From Chlamydiales bacterium (lineage in GTDB: Bacteria > Chlamydiota > Chlamydiia > Chlamydiales > JBDQID01), in the NCBI GenBank assembly GCA_047611865.1, contig JBLFWS010000001.1, positions 32,001 to 96,000 on the forward strand: 64,000 bases of DNA. Direction: 5' to 3'. The translations under genes were made by a program, and so were the position numbers. Positions 19,790 through 29,436 of the stretch are shown one piece after another. The notes under the pieces were generated by a model, which did not search any database, was not told the origin of the DNA, and was given only the letters and a program-made list of their open reading frames with translations. Each line of letters starts with the position of its first letter. Position 1 is the stretch's first letter.

Positions 19790-21219
19790 GCTTCTCCGCC
19801 AAGATCTGATTTTTTCATATCCTTTTTCGGATCAAGGATAATGGTATTAAACATATTGACTGCAAACAAAATATTACCCAATAAGATAAGAACCCCTGCT
19901 AAGCCTCTCAAAACCCACCAAACTCTGGACATCTCAATAGTTTGCAGAAATGACAACTGACTGATGTTGTTGTGGAATTCAGCGTAGCTACTCCCATTTG
20001 CCCAAGAAGCCCATTGCATTCCCTGCAAGTAACCTCCAATCCACAAAGCACTAAACATCAACAAAGATCCAGCAAGATTTAGAGTAAAGTGCCAATTAGA
20101 AAGTCTTTCAGACCAAATGGGCTTTTTTGTCATCACATGAACAGAGTGATAAACCCCAGCAATAGCAAAGTATGTAAAAGCTCCGTAGAGGGCCATATGT
20201 GCGTGTCCAATAATCCAATCTGTCTTTGACGTTATTTCATTGACGTTACGCAATGATTGTAAGGGTCCCTGTATACATGTTAGGAGATAAAAGAGCGTTC
20301 CCATCATCAAAAAACGGATCGGAGCACTTTGAGTGTACAAACCCCAATGTCCCTTAAGGGTCATGAAAAAGTTTGCAATTACTGTCCAAACTGGAATAAA
20401 TAACCATATAGAGAAAATAATAGCCACTGTTTGGAGCCACTGTGAAATAGGCCCATGAATAATATGGTGGGCACCTACCCATGCGTAAGTCAACGCTATT
20501 GTCCAAAATCCAATCATAGAAAGTCTGTGACTATATATGGGAACCTTAGCAATTCGTGGGAGAAAGTAATATGCCGCAGCAACACCCATGGGTGTAAATA
20601 TTAAGCCCACAAGGTTGTGTACATAGAAAAATGAAGCATTCACTTTTGATATACCCCCTGGAAGAAATTCCAGGCCAAAATTCCCTATTACAAAAGTAAA
20701 AGTCGTCCAGACCAAGGATCCCATCGTATACCAGAGCGATACATACATCTTCTTAAACTTTCTGTCTGCGATGGTCATGAAAATATTCACGGAAAAAGTA
20801 AGCCAAGCTACGGTAAATATAGCTTTTACCGGTATCCACCCACCAAGCATCATAGGAAGCTCTGCATATTCCCAACCATAGTTTGTCCCAAAGGGAAATG
20901 AGTACACTCCCACTACCAAAGAAAACCACCAAAGAGCACAGGTATAGTTCGCAAGTTTTGTGCTCCATAAGGGTGTTCCACAAAGCCTGGGAACGAAAAA
21001 ATATATTAGTCCAGCGTCTACTGATAGAAGCCACAGTAACGTCACATGACCTACATGTACCGGCCTAAGCCGACCAAAGTGAACATACTCACCTCTGAAA
21101 TAATCAGGAAAAACAAAGCCATTAAAAGAAATGAATACACCCATACTCAAGCCTATCACCAAAAAGATGATGGCAGGATAAATCATTTGCTTTGCAGCCC
21201 TGTCATTAAATTCAATCAT
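19786..21219 (-). CDS. ccoN: cbb3-type heme-copper oxidase subunit I
   Basis: GRLRPVH, EYAELP, YVHNLVG, YAWVGAHH (helix VII Tyr), TDWIIGHAH: all six His ligands present. Confidence 0.9.
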   Translation of the reverse strand: MIEFNDRAAKQMIYPAIIFLVIGLSMGVFISFNGFVFPDYFRGEYVHFGRLRPVHVGHVTLLWLLSVDAGLIYFFVPRLCGTPLWSTKLANYTCALWWFSLVVGVYSFPFGTNYGWEYAELPMMLGGWIPVKAIFTVAWLTFSVNIFMTIADRKFKKMYVSLWYTMGSLVWTTFTFVIGNFGLEFLPGGISKVNASFFYVHNLVGLIFTPMGVAAAYYFLPRIAKVPIYSHRLSMIGFWTIALTYAWVGAHHIIHGPISQWLQTVAIIFSIWLFIPVWTVIANFFMTLKGHWGLYTQSAPIRFLMMGTLFYLLTCIQGPLQSLRNVNEITSKTDWIIGHAHMALYGAFTYFAIAGVYHSVHVMTKKPIWSERLSNWHFTLNLAGSLLMFSALWIGGYLQGMQWASWANGSSYAEFHNNISQLSFLQTIEMSRVWWVLRGLAGVLILLGNILFAVNMFNTIILDPKKDMKKSDLGGEA

Positions 21220-21229
21220 TTGGAACCCC

Positions 21230-24200
21230 TCAAGATCTATCGCTCACAAAAGTCGCAATCTTTTCTTTGTAGTTTTCATATATCTCCGCTTGCTTTGAAC
21301 GAGACTGAGCTGCTAAACGCATCTGTGAAAGCAGTACAGCTTTCATGCCCTTCATTGCTTCAAGCCGCTCTCCAACCTTAGCCAATTCATCACTTCGCTC
21401 AAGAGAGGGTAACTTCCCTCTTAATCTATCCACTTTCCTCTGATTCACATCCACCTGATGATCGAGATCGCGAACAATTTCCTGAGCCTTATTCTGCATA
21501 AAGCGCTCTCGATAAGGATCTTTTTCCATTAGCAAGTCGCCGTTGAGCCTCGTATACCGACCTTTGTTTAAAGCAATGATTTCAAATAATTTCGTGATGA
21601 TTTTTTCATCTGCCTTTTTTGCTATAAATCGCAAGCCAATTTCCGAGTAAAACTTTTGTTCATCGTCGAATTCATCCTTTAAATTCAAGAGAATAGCATC
21701 TACTTCTTTTCGCTTCTTCAAATGATCCATAACTACCAGCTCTTTAGAATAGGACCGAGCAGCTTCTTCTAAAGTAATTGTTCCCTCTTGGGATTTTTCA
21801 TAATTGTCTTGTCTTGCCCGAAGGGCCCGCTTGTATTCCCCCTGCAAAACATTCAGTTTTTTACCTTCAATGTTTCGGGTGTCAGAAATAGCTCTTCCTG
21901 TAGTTTCAAACGCATTAAAAAGAACACTCACCATGTCTTCCCGGTGTTTCTTTTCAACACTCAGACTTCGAATAAACATCACCAACTGAATTCTCTGCAG
22001 TGTATTTGTCTTGTCACCCCACGGGGTCATGGCTGTGCCAGGAACCCCGTATTTAATGGAACGGAGAAGGCGCAAATCATCCCTTGTTTTCAACCAGGGA
22101 AGATTTGTTAGCATGCGGGGCTTGGCCTCCTCCATCGTAGCCGAACGAGGTCCATCTCCAGCTGCTTCCTTTCCATGACAGTGACTACAGTTAGCAAGAA
22201 ACAAGCTCCCACCTTCAGAAATATTTTTCTCTGTATAATACTTCTGCTTTATGAAGAACTCCTTTTCTTCAACTCCCTCAACGGCATCCTTCACATCGAA
22301 AACCTCATCTACTTCCGGGGCTTTCCCTATTTTTTTTTCTTCTGACTTAAAAAACTTTGTGGCTAATAAAAAATTAGGAATAAAGCCTGAGCTCAGTACT
22401 TCACTCATAGAATCATCAACTTTATCTTCTGTCTCACCCTGTAAAACATCTTTTTCTTCATACAGCTCTTTCAAGACATCTTCAGGTGTGTATTTCCATT
22501 TTTCAACATCATTCTCGGACTTAATGACGTGCGCTCCAGGTAAAGACTGAAACAACCAGTCTACAATACGTTCTATTTCTGATTCTTTTAAAAGGGCCGA
22601 GCTATCTCCCAGCTCTGCCGCTGCTGCGGTTTCCCCCCATGGTGGCATGGGGGTGCCCTGAACACCGTGGGTAATTGAATTCACAGCTCTTTCCCGAGTT
22701 AAATTTCTCAAGAAAGTAGCATCTCGAAGATTCTTAGGAATAGGATATATCCATTGAGATACCGTCCCCTTACCGTGAAAATGCTCGCCATGACACTGCA
22801 TACAGTGCCACTCATAAGCCATCGCGGGGTCGAAGCCTCGCTCGTCCCAAATTTCCCGTAAGCTATCTCTATTCTGCTTGCCAAGCACCCGAAGCATATT
22901 TGTCAAAGCATAAAACTTACTTTCATCCAGCGGCATTACAGGCATTATTGATCTTGCTGTATAAGCTGATGGGTTTCGGAAGTGACCTATAAGCCATTCG
23001 TTATCACGATATACACCAGACCAATGCAATCGTGGGGCAATATCTCTACCTAGACCATATTCTTGAATGTACATCATGAACACGCGCTGAACGAGATCTT
23101 TGTAATGTTCATGCTCTTCTAATATTCGGCTTCTTTCAGTAGAGCTTTCCGCTTTTGCGATTAACTGCTCATAATGGTGATTCTTTGCTCTCATTGCATA
23201 TTTGAAAGGGCTATAAAATGAGCTCAAAATCTTTGGAGTCTTTTCCTCAATCTTTTCCAGTATTGAAGACTCACGAACATTTTGAACAATCCGCTTATCA
23301 ATCTCCTGACCCTTTTGGTCAATCATATCGACAATTCGCGAACCAATAAGATCTTCTGGAAACAGCCGGTAGAACCACTGTCGTTCTTTAAATACTTCCT
23401 TAAAAGAAGCCTCTTCTTTCTCTACTCGATAACCAACATTAGACTCAAAACCTTTCAGCCTATGACATGAAGCACAACCCTCATTAGTGTATATGTCCAT
23501 AGCCACTTCCACATCATTCCACTCTGAAACGGGTAGAGGTTTTTCCCAAGCGCGCTTCTTTCCCCCAGCCCACTCCTTGAGAGAAACTTGTGTCAACACT
23601 TCAGAAGTTGTCTTGTCTTCCTTTCTTTGTGCCATCAGAAAGGCTAATAAATCTTCCACTTCCTCATGATCGAGCTTAAAGTTTGGCATTGTTGAAGTTT
23701 TCAAATTCGATTGAGGCCAAACAATTGCCTCTTTGACATACCAAGGATACATCTGTCCAATTTCTGAAAGATCCGGACCCACCTGCCCCCTGGATAAGCC
23801 GCCAATTTTGTGGCAAGCATAACAGGCTGTACTCATGTAAAGCTGCTGTCCTCGAAAGTAACTACCCATTGCATCTTCTGCATCCGACCTTAGGCCATGT
23901 ACTAACTCTTGATCCAATATCGCTGTTTCCAGGGGCGCCTTCACCCTATCCATAAGCTGAATAACCTCACCAGCTTCTTCCATCGCAGCCATTTTAGCAA
24001 AAATACTTCCTGAAATACCCTTTCCATTTGAAACATGTCGAGAGAGAAAACCCAAAAGGGTCTCAGTAGGACTTGAAGCCAACGCTCTGGCTTCTGCCTC
24101 CAACTTTCTCAAATAGATTTCTGAACCCAGAATTTTGGAAATTTCACCATTTATCGCATTTAATACCGCTTCGTCGTCTACATATTTGTCGGTTTTTTGT

Positions 24201-25333
24201 AGGTAGTCCTGAACTCCTGACAAAAGGCTTATTCGAAAAGCAAGAGCTCGCTGCTCCCCTTCACCAAGAGAAATGTCTTGCAATTCCTCACTCATCATCT
24301 CAAGAGTTCTACGGGAGCCTATGTTTTCCAATGAATCTTTTATCTCCAACAAGGCAAATAGCGCCTTTTGGTCGTTAGCAACCCCTTGCCCTATAGCTTC
24401 AGCTTGTTTTTCCTTACGTGTTGTCACAGCTTCAACTGTTGTATACGCCTGTTGAAGCTCTTCTCCACCTGATTGGTGACACTGCGCACACTTTGCCTGC
24501 ATCAATCCGGAAACATAGAGGGGTGTTGTTTGAAAAAGCAGGTGATGTCCCGGCCTGCCATTAAACACTCTGGCCATTGCAGGATCGTTTTCTTCATCAT
24601 TCTCAGTGAAAACTATTTTATGCCCCTCTGAAGACTCTTCATAGGTTCCATCATAAACCGGCCCATGGGCCCTTCCGGATGTAATAGATCGCCCATTACC
24701 ATTGTGACAAACAACACAACCAATTTCATCAGAGGAATGATACTCAAAAGGACGCTCTTCTCTACCAATCAGTGGGTGCATAGCAAGAGCTTTGGTCATA
24801 TCCAGGGAATGCCCATGCTCTTCAATAGATTTCAAATGACTCAGACGTTCAGCCTCATCCAGGCGCCGCTGAATTTCTTCTTCTTCACCATTTTCTCTAA
24901 GCTGTTCTATAAGCTTTTTATCCGTGAGTGACGCTACCTTAGTATCAAGAAGCTTCCATACGTACTCTTCATTTTCGATTTGTACAGGACGGCCATTCTC
25001 TCCGATAATCATGTTGCCATTTATATCATAAGCTATTTTTGTAGGAGAAAAATGACTCAACTTTAAAGCTACATGACATGTGGTACAGCGATCTATAGTT
25101 TCCGGACCTTTGTCTTCCTTGGGGATAACAATCTGTTTAATTCCCAATTTAAAATCAGGGGCCCGTTCACCCGTATGAGTTGAGCGAAATTCCTCAAGAT
25201 CTACATAAGTATTTTGATAGATCTTATATTCGGGAAACATCTCATAGTAGACGAAAACCCCAAATAATAATGCCGATACCACTGATAGAGAAATCAGTAT
25301 TATTTGGTAAATGTCAGCCCGATCAAAACGCAT
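21230..25333 (-). CDS. Membrane-anchored 7-heme cytochrome c (1367 aa)
   Basis: CTTCH, CVVCH, CAQCH, CYACH, CASCH, CMQCH, CSHCH; N-terminal TM; GTPMPPW and GTAMTPW Met ligand motifs. Confidence 0.9.
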   Translation of the reverse strand: MRFDRADIYQIILISLSVVSALLFGVFVYYEMFPEYKIYQNTYVDLEEFRSTHTGERAPDFKLGIKQIVIPKEDKGPETIDRCTTCHVALKLSHFSPTKIAYDINGNMIIGENGRPVQIENEEYVWKLLDTKVASLTDKKLIEQLRENGEEEEIQRRLDEAERLSHLKSIEEHGHSLDMTKALAMHPLIGREERPFEYHSSDEIGCVVCHNGNGRSITSGRAHGPVYDGTYEESSEGHKIVFTENDEENDPAMARVFNGRPGHHLLFQTTPLYVSGLMQAKCAQCHQSGGEELQQAYTTVEAVTTRKEKQAEAIGQGVANDQKALFALLEIKDSLENIGSRRTLEMMSEELQDISLGEGEQRALAFRISLLSGVQDYLQKTDKYVDDEAVLNAINGEISKILGSEIYLRKLEAEARALASSPTETLLGFLSRHVSNGKGISGSIFAKMAAMEEAGEVIQLMDRVKAPLETAILDQELVHGLRSDAEDAMGSYFRGQQLYMSTACYACHKIGGLSRGQVGPDLSEIGQMYPWYVKEAIVWPQSNLKTSTMPNFKLDHEEVEDLLAFLMAQRKEDKTTSEVLTQVSLKEWAGGKKRAWEKPLPVSEWNDVEVAMDIYTNEGCASCHRLKGFESNVGYRVEKEEASFKEVFKERQWFYRLFPEDLIGSRIVDMIDQKGQEIDKRIVQNVRESSILEKIEEKTPKILSSFYSPFKYAMRAKNHHYEQLIAKAESSTERSRILEEHEHYKDLVQRVFMMYIQEYGLGRDIAPRLHWSGVYRDNEWLIGHFRNPSAYTARSIMPVMPLDESKFYALTNMLRVLGKQNRDSLREIWDERGFDPAMAYEWHCMQCHGEHFHGKGTVSQWIYPIPKNLRDATFLRNLTRERAVNSITHGVQGTPMPPWGETAAAAELGDSSALLKESEIERIVDWLFQSLPGAHVIKSENDVEKWKYTPEDVLKELYEEKDVLQGETEDKVDDSMSEVLSSGFIPNFLLATKFFKSEEKKIGKAPEVDEVFDVKDAVEGVEEKEFFIKQKYYTEKNISEGGSLFLANCSHCHGKEAAGDGPRSATMEEAKPRMLTNLPWLKTRDDLRLLRSIKYGVPGTAMTPWGDKTNTLQRIQLVMFIRSLSVEKKHREDMVSVLFNAFETTGRAISDTRNIEGKKLNVLQGEYKRALRARQDNYEKSQEGTITLEEAARSYSKELVVMDHLKKRKEVDAILLNLKDEFDDEQKFYSEIGLRFIAKKADEKIITKLFEIIALNKGRYTRLNGDLLMEKDPYRERFMQNKAQEIVRDLDHQVDVNQRKVDRLRGKLPSLERSDELAKVGERLEAMKGMKAVLLSQMRLAAQSRSKQAEIYENYKEKIATFVSDRS

Positions 25334-25348
25334 TATCGTCTCCCACCA

Positions 25349-26674
25349 TTAGTGTCTTGCAAAGTTCTCCGTCCATGGCCAAATCCATCCCCAGTTTGCC
25401 CCTCTGAAGTACGTTCCAATTATTACCAGGATTCCCTGTGTCGTCATAAAAAACGTGTACAAAAATATCGCCATATATCGGCTGCGGTGATACCACACGC
25501 CTGATCCATAGGGATTTCTATCAAGATAAGGGACTACCATAAGCCCCACAACAATTAACCCTGGTATTCCTACACCACCCCAGAAAGCACTATAAGCAAC
25601 CATCTCTTGAAGACCCAGAAAATACCACGGAGCCTTTGAGGGATTGGGGGGTTTTGTTGCGTTCGCCGCCTCTTCCAATGGTGCATCTATAAATGATAAA
25701 ATCATGATCAAAACTACGGTAAACATAAATGCAATTAACTCGGCACGAAGAAGGTGCGGCCAAGTAAATATGTAGTTATATGGTCCCCTATCAACAGTGG
25801 GACACGTCCCTCTAACAAGCTCCATTAAGCCGTAGGTTCTGCGAACCCCCGGCGCAAAAGTCTCCTTAGTATCCGATCTTTGTACAACACGATAGGGTTC
25901 TGGTGAAACTTTGTCCGGAGGACGCGCCAAGCCACCATCTTTTCTAATACGCCAGAAGTGTACTCCTATTAAAATCCCCGCGGCAAGGGGGAGCACCATC
26001 ACGTGAAGTACGTAAAATCGTATGAGTGCATCTTGTCCAACGCTGGTGGACGCAATAAGCATAATACGGTTAATGTTGTGTTCCATTCCGGGTATTCCCG
26101 GAGCATAGCCAGCAATTTCAGATCCTACAGTTACCGCCCAAAATGCCAGCTGATCCCAAGGAAGAAGGTATCCAGTAAAAGACAGCAGGAGGGTAAGCAC
26201 CATTAGAATCACGCCAATTACCCAGTTAAATCTTCTTTCTCCTTTATAGGAACCCATATAGAAGACACGCGACATATGGAGAAAGACGAACAACACCATC
26301 ATGTGTGCACCCCAGCGGTGCAAATTACGAAACATCTGAGCGAAAGGCGTCACATCCTGCCAGTCTTTCATAATGTCGTAAGCCCTGTCTTCTGCAGGCA
26401 CATAATAAAACATAAGCACCACACCAGTGATCACCAGTGTAATAAACAGGCTCATCGTAATGGAGCCGAGACCCAAAGTCTTGAAAAAATCCGTTGTGCT
26501 TTTGTGACATTTCACCGGGTGAATATGAAGGAAGAAGTTCTTAAAAACAATTTCTGATCGGTCAACATCATTGTTGGGATAACCATGACGAAAGATGGAA
26601 CGTACCACTAGTTTAGGAAGGTTCTCTAGGTACTCCAACCAGGTCTCTCTCTTTTCCCCTTTAAAAACTGCCAT
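25349..26674 (-). CDS. Cytochrome b of a Rieske/cyt b complex (b6-like part fused to a subunit IV-like part)
   Basis: RNLHRWGAH...LHMSRVF, FTGYLLPWDQ, FYVLH-x14-H, and KAPWYF at the Qo motif. Confidence 0.9.
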   Translation of the reverse strand: MAVFKGEKRETWLEYLENLPKLVVRSIFRHGYPNNDVDRSEIVFKNFFLHIHPVKCHKSTTDFFKTLGLGSITMSLFITLVITGVVLMFYYVPAEDRAYDIMKDWQDVTPFAQMFRNLHRWGAHMMVLFVFLHMSRVFYMGSYKGERRFNWVIGVILMVLTLLLSFTGYLLPWDQLAFWAVTVGSEIAGYAPGIPGMEHNINRIMLIASTSVGQDALIRFYVLHVMVLPLAAGILIGVHFWRIRKDGGLARPPDKVSPEPYRVVQRSDTKETFAPGVRRTYGLMELVRGTCPTVDRGPYNYIFTWPHLLRAELIAFMFTVVLIMILSFIDAPLEEAANATKPPNPSKAPWYFLGLQEMVAYSAFWGGVGIPGLIVVGLMVVPYLDRNPYGSGVWYHRSRYMAIFLYTFFMTTQGILVIIGTYFRGANWGWIWPWTENFARH

Positions 26675-26712
26675 GTGCTTACGCTCTCCTCAAAACATCT
26701 TCATTGTGCTGT

Positions 26713-27228
26713 CTAAACATACCATGCAACCTGTGGATCGTGTATTAGTTTTGTTTTATCTGCCAGAAGTTCTCCTGACGCTCCTTTTGAAACATTAAAA
26801 TATACCAATGGGCTAGGAGCAGGCCCTCCCGTATTAAAGCCATTCCGATCATATGTTGATCCGTGACATGGACATTGATATCCTGTTTCTACAGCGTTAA
26901 CAGTGCAGCCCAAGTGAGTACAAACTGCCGTTTGAACACGTACTTTTCCAGAAACCACCTCAACAAAACACTTGAACTTCTCCAGAAAAACCTTTCCCTC
27001 TGTTGCCAGAACATCCTCTGGCCTTCCAATTGAAAAAACGCTAGGCGGAATTTTCAGAGCGTTAGGGTAAAGAAAACCCATAAGCGCAACACTCACAGCT
27101 CCTCCAACACCCATACACACACCCGTTCCCATCAAGGCAAGAAAAGTCCTTCTTGTAATTTTTGGGTCATTGCTCTTAGGATCCACGTTTAATGAATTTC
27201 GAAACCTAGGCATAACACCCTCCTTCAT
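26713..27228 (-). CDS. Rieske 2Fe-2S protein
   Basis: CTHLGC and CPCHGSTY boxes, GPAPSPL; twin-arginine TRRTFL followed by a TM helix. Confidence 0.92.
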   Translation of the reverse strand: MKEGVMPRFRNSLNVDPKSNDPKITRRTFLALMGTGVCMGVGGAVSVALMGFLYPNALKIPPSVFSIGRPEDVLATEGKVFLEKFKCFVEVVSGKVRVQTAVCTHLGCTVNAVETGYQCPCHGSTYDRNGFNTGGPAPSPLVYFNVSKGASGELLADKTKLIHDPQVAWYV

Positions 27229-27368
27229 TCTCCATTTTGTTCCTCATCACGAAACATCTGGTATTTAACATCTTCCAAATCATCGAACTGCCCTTTTTTC
27301 CAAAAATAGACAAAGACTCCAGTCGCCGCTAACCCACCAATTAATGTCGCTGCAAGATATACTACCAC
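27225..27368 (-). CDS. ccoS: CcoS/FixS-like 47-aa membrane peptide (not in ORF track)
   Basis: GTG start after GAAGGGG; MVVYLAATLIGGLAATGVFVYFWKKGQFDDLEDVKYQMFRDEEQNGE; its stop overlaps the Rieske ATG (ATGA). Confidence 0.75.
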   Translation of the reverse strand: MVVYLAATLIGGLAATGVFVYFWKKGQFDDLEDVKYQMFRDEEQNGE

Positions 27369-27385
27369 TCCATCGCCCCTTCATA

Positions 27386-29218
27386 CTATCCAATCCACCG
27401 AAAAGAGTAATTCATCGTATCCATTGTAACAGCTTGAGTAGGACATTTTTCGGCACACAACCCACAACGTATACAAAGGTCTTCATCTTTCAACATTGCA
27501 GACCCTGCTGTATTAAGTTCTTCAGCTGTCATTTCAGAAGAATCGAATCCATAGTTATTGTCCACAGCTTTACGCATATTGCCCTCTCCCCAATCCAAGT
27601 TCAATTTCGATAAAGGTATCAACGTAAGACAATTTGTAGGGCAAACATCTACACAACCATTACATTTTATACAAAGAGATCCATCAAATACTGGACTTAC
27701 ATGACACTGTAAACAACGACTTGCTTGCTGATGCGCCTCTTCTGCAGTATAAGGATTTTCAACAATATTTAGATTTTTCCGCCTCTCCTCTGCCGGCTGA
27801 AGAGAAGGAAGAGACCATTTTGTACTCAGGTATTCTTTATCTCGCATAGGTGGAATTGTTCTGAACTCTCCAACGAACTCCTGGTAAGGCTTTGTTCCTC
27901 TCAAATCACTGTCAATAGCCCTTGCAGATTCTTGCCCATGACGTATTGCTGTAATGAACAACGCAGGCCCATATCCGGCATCCCCCCCACAATAAATCCC
28001 ATTTACAGATGTTCTACCAGTTCCTCTTTCTACTTTTATAATTCCCCTTTCAAGGGTAAGGTCAGCTTTCTTGTCCCACCCGTCAAAAAGACTCGTATCC
28101 ATTCCCTGGCCGATAGCTAAAGCTATGGTATCACAAGGCACAACATACTCTGTTCCTTCAACAAACTCGGGTGAAAAACCCCCTTTATGATTAAAAAGTC
28201 GAGAGATCTTCTGTACACGCAGCCCAATAATCTTCCCGTCGCTGTCACGTTCCACCGCCTTTGGACCTAGCCTGTTGAGGACCTCAATTCCCTCTTCAAG
28301 CGCATCTTCAATCTCAAATTCATCAGCTGTTTGTTCATCTCGAGATTCCAGGCAAACCAGAGTAACCTTATCAGCTCCATTGCGTATAGAAGACCGCGCC
28401 ACATCGTAAGATACGTTACCCCCACCAACAACGACTATATGATTACCTATTCTCCATTTCCCCCCGCCCGTAATCACCTTAAGATACTCTACGCCTCTGA
28501 TTATGTCTGCCTGGTCTGTTCCGGGAATGGGTAACTCTCGGGACTTCCATAAACCATTGCCGATAAAAATCGCGTCATACTTTTCCTGCATTTCAGTAAT
28601 CGTTATATCTCGGCCAACTTTCGTATTATAGTGGATATTAGCGCCCAAGTATTCTATCGCATAGCATTCGTTGATGATTACATCATTTTTCAGTCTGTAA
28701 TTGGGGACACCATAGGTTAACATCCCCCCTGGCATACTCATCATTTCATAAATATCGACAGAATATCCCAAGCGAAGAAGGTCGTGTGCTGCCGTTAACG
28801 AGGCCACTCCCGCCCCTATGCAACCCACCTTCATTCCATTCGGTTTTGGGTTGGTCGTTCCACGTGAGTAGCTAAATTCCAGAGCTTTAATGTGAGCTTC
28901 CTTATCCACCCCGAACCACTCATCGAGAAAACGTTTTTGTGCACGAATGGTAAGAGTTTTATCTACTCGATCTCTCCGACAGGCTGTTTCACAGGGAGCC
29001 CCGCATATCCATCCACAGATAGACGCGAAAGGATTAGGCCCTCGAGCAATTTTATAACCCTCCAAAAGGTTACCTGCTTGTAACGCAAGCATATACCCTC
29101 GAGCATCTGTATTAACAGGACATCCGTCGCGACAGTCGATTTGTTTCAGATAATAATCTAGATCTGGAATAACAACGTCATAACTATCTTTATAGATATC
29201 AACCAGCTCTTTTGACAC
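27386..29218 (-). CDS. GltD/NfnB-like FAD/NAD(P) oxidoreductase with an extra C-terminal 2x[4Fe-4S] domain
   Basis: CRDGCP, ICGWICGAPCETAC, IGAGVAS, VGGGNVSYD, CIKCNGCVDVCP, CIRCGLCAEKCP; GTG start. Confidence 0.85.
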   Translation of the reverse strand: MSKELVDIYKDSYDVVIPDLDYYLKQIDCRDGCPVNTDARGYMLALQAGNLLEGYKIARGPNPFASICGWICGAPCETACRRDRVDKTLTIRAQKRFLDEWFGVDKEAHIKALEFSYSRGTTNPKPNGMKVGCIGAGVASLTAAHDLLRLGYSVDIYEMMSMPGGMLTYGVPNYRLKNDVIINECYAIEYLGANIHYNTKVGRDITITEMQEKYDAIFIGNGLWKSRELPIPGTDQADIIRGVEYLKVITGGGKWRIGNHIVVVGGGNVSYDVARSSIRNGADKVTLVCLESRDEQTADEFEIEDALEEGIEVLNRLGPKAVERDSDGKIIGLRVQKISRLFNHKGGFSPEFVEGTEYVVPCDTIALAIGQGMDTSLFDGWDKKADLTLERGIIKVERGTGRTSVNGIYCGGDAGYGPALFITAIRHGQESARAIDSDLRGTKPYQEFVGEFRTIPPMRDKEYLSTKWSLPSLQPAEERRKNLNIVENPYTAEEAHQQASRCLQCHVSPVFDGSLCIKCNGCVDVCPTNCLTLIPLSKLNLDWGEGNMRKAVDNNYGFDSSEMTAEELNTAGSAMLKDEDLCIRCGLCAEKCPTQAVTMDTMNYSFRWIG

Positions 29219-29436
29219 AGTAATCCCCTTGACATCATTTTCTTTTCAAAACCCTATCAAATATTTCTGTTTTTTAAAATCGTTTTCCAAAATATTGTTT
29301 TTAAAGCGCCTATCAAACCCCGCCTCTTCGCGACGATCTCGAAAGACAAGCCCTTCCCCTCCTGCCTCGACAGAAACAATTGATAAACATATACTCAAGA
29401 TTGAGTTTTTGATTCAATATCATAAGGAATTGTTTT

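Noticed and set aside
19786..21219. Nitric oxide reductase NorB
   Set aside because: The Tyr before WVGAHH, the HNxVG and EYAELP motifs and the CcoO neighbour fit a C-family oxygen reductase.
27386..29218. Calling this glutamate synthase small subunit (gltD)
   Set aside because: No gltB is adjacent, it has an extra ferredoxin domain, and it heads a respiratory operon.
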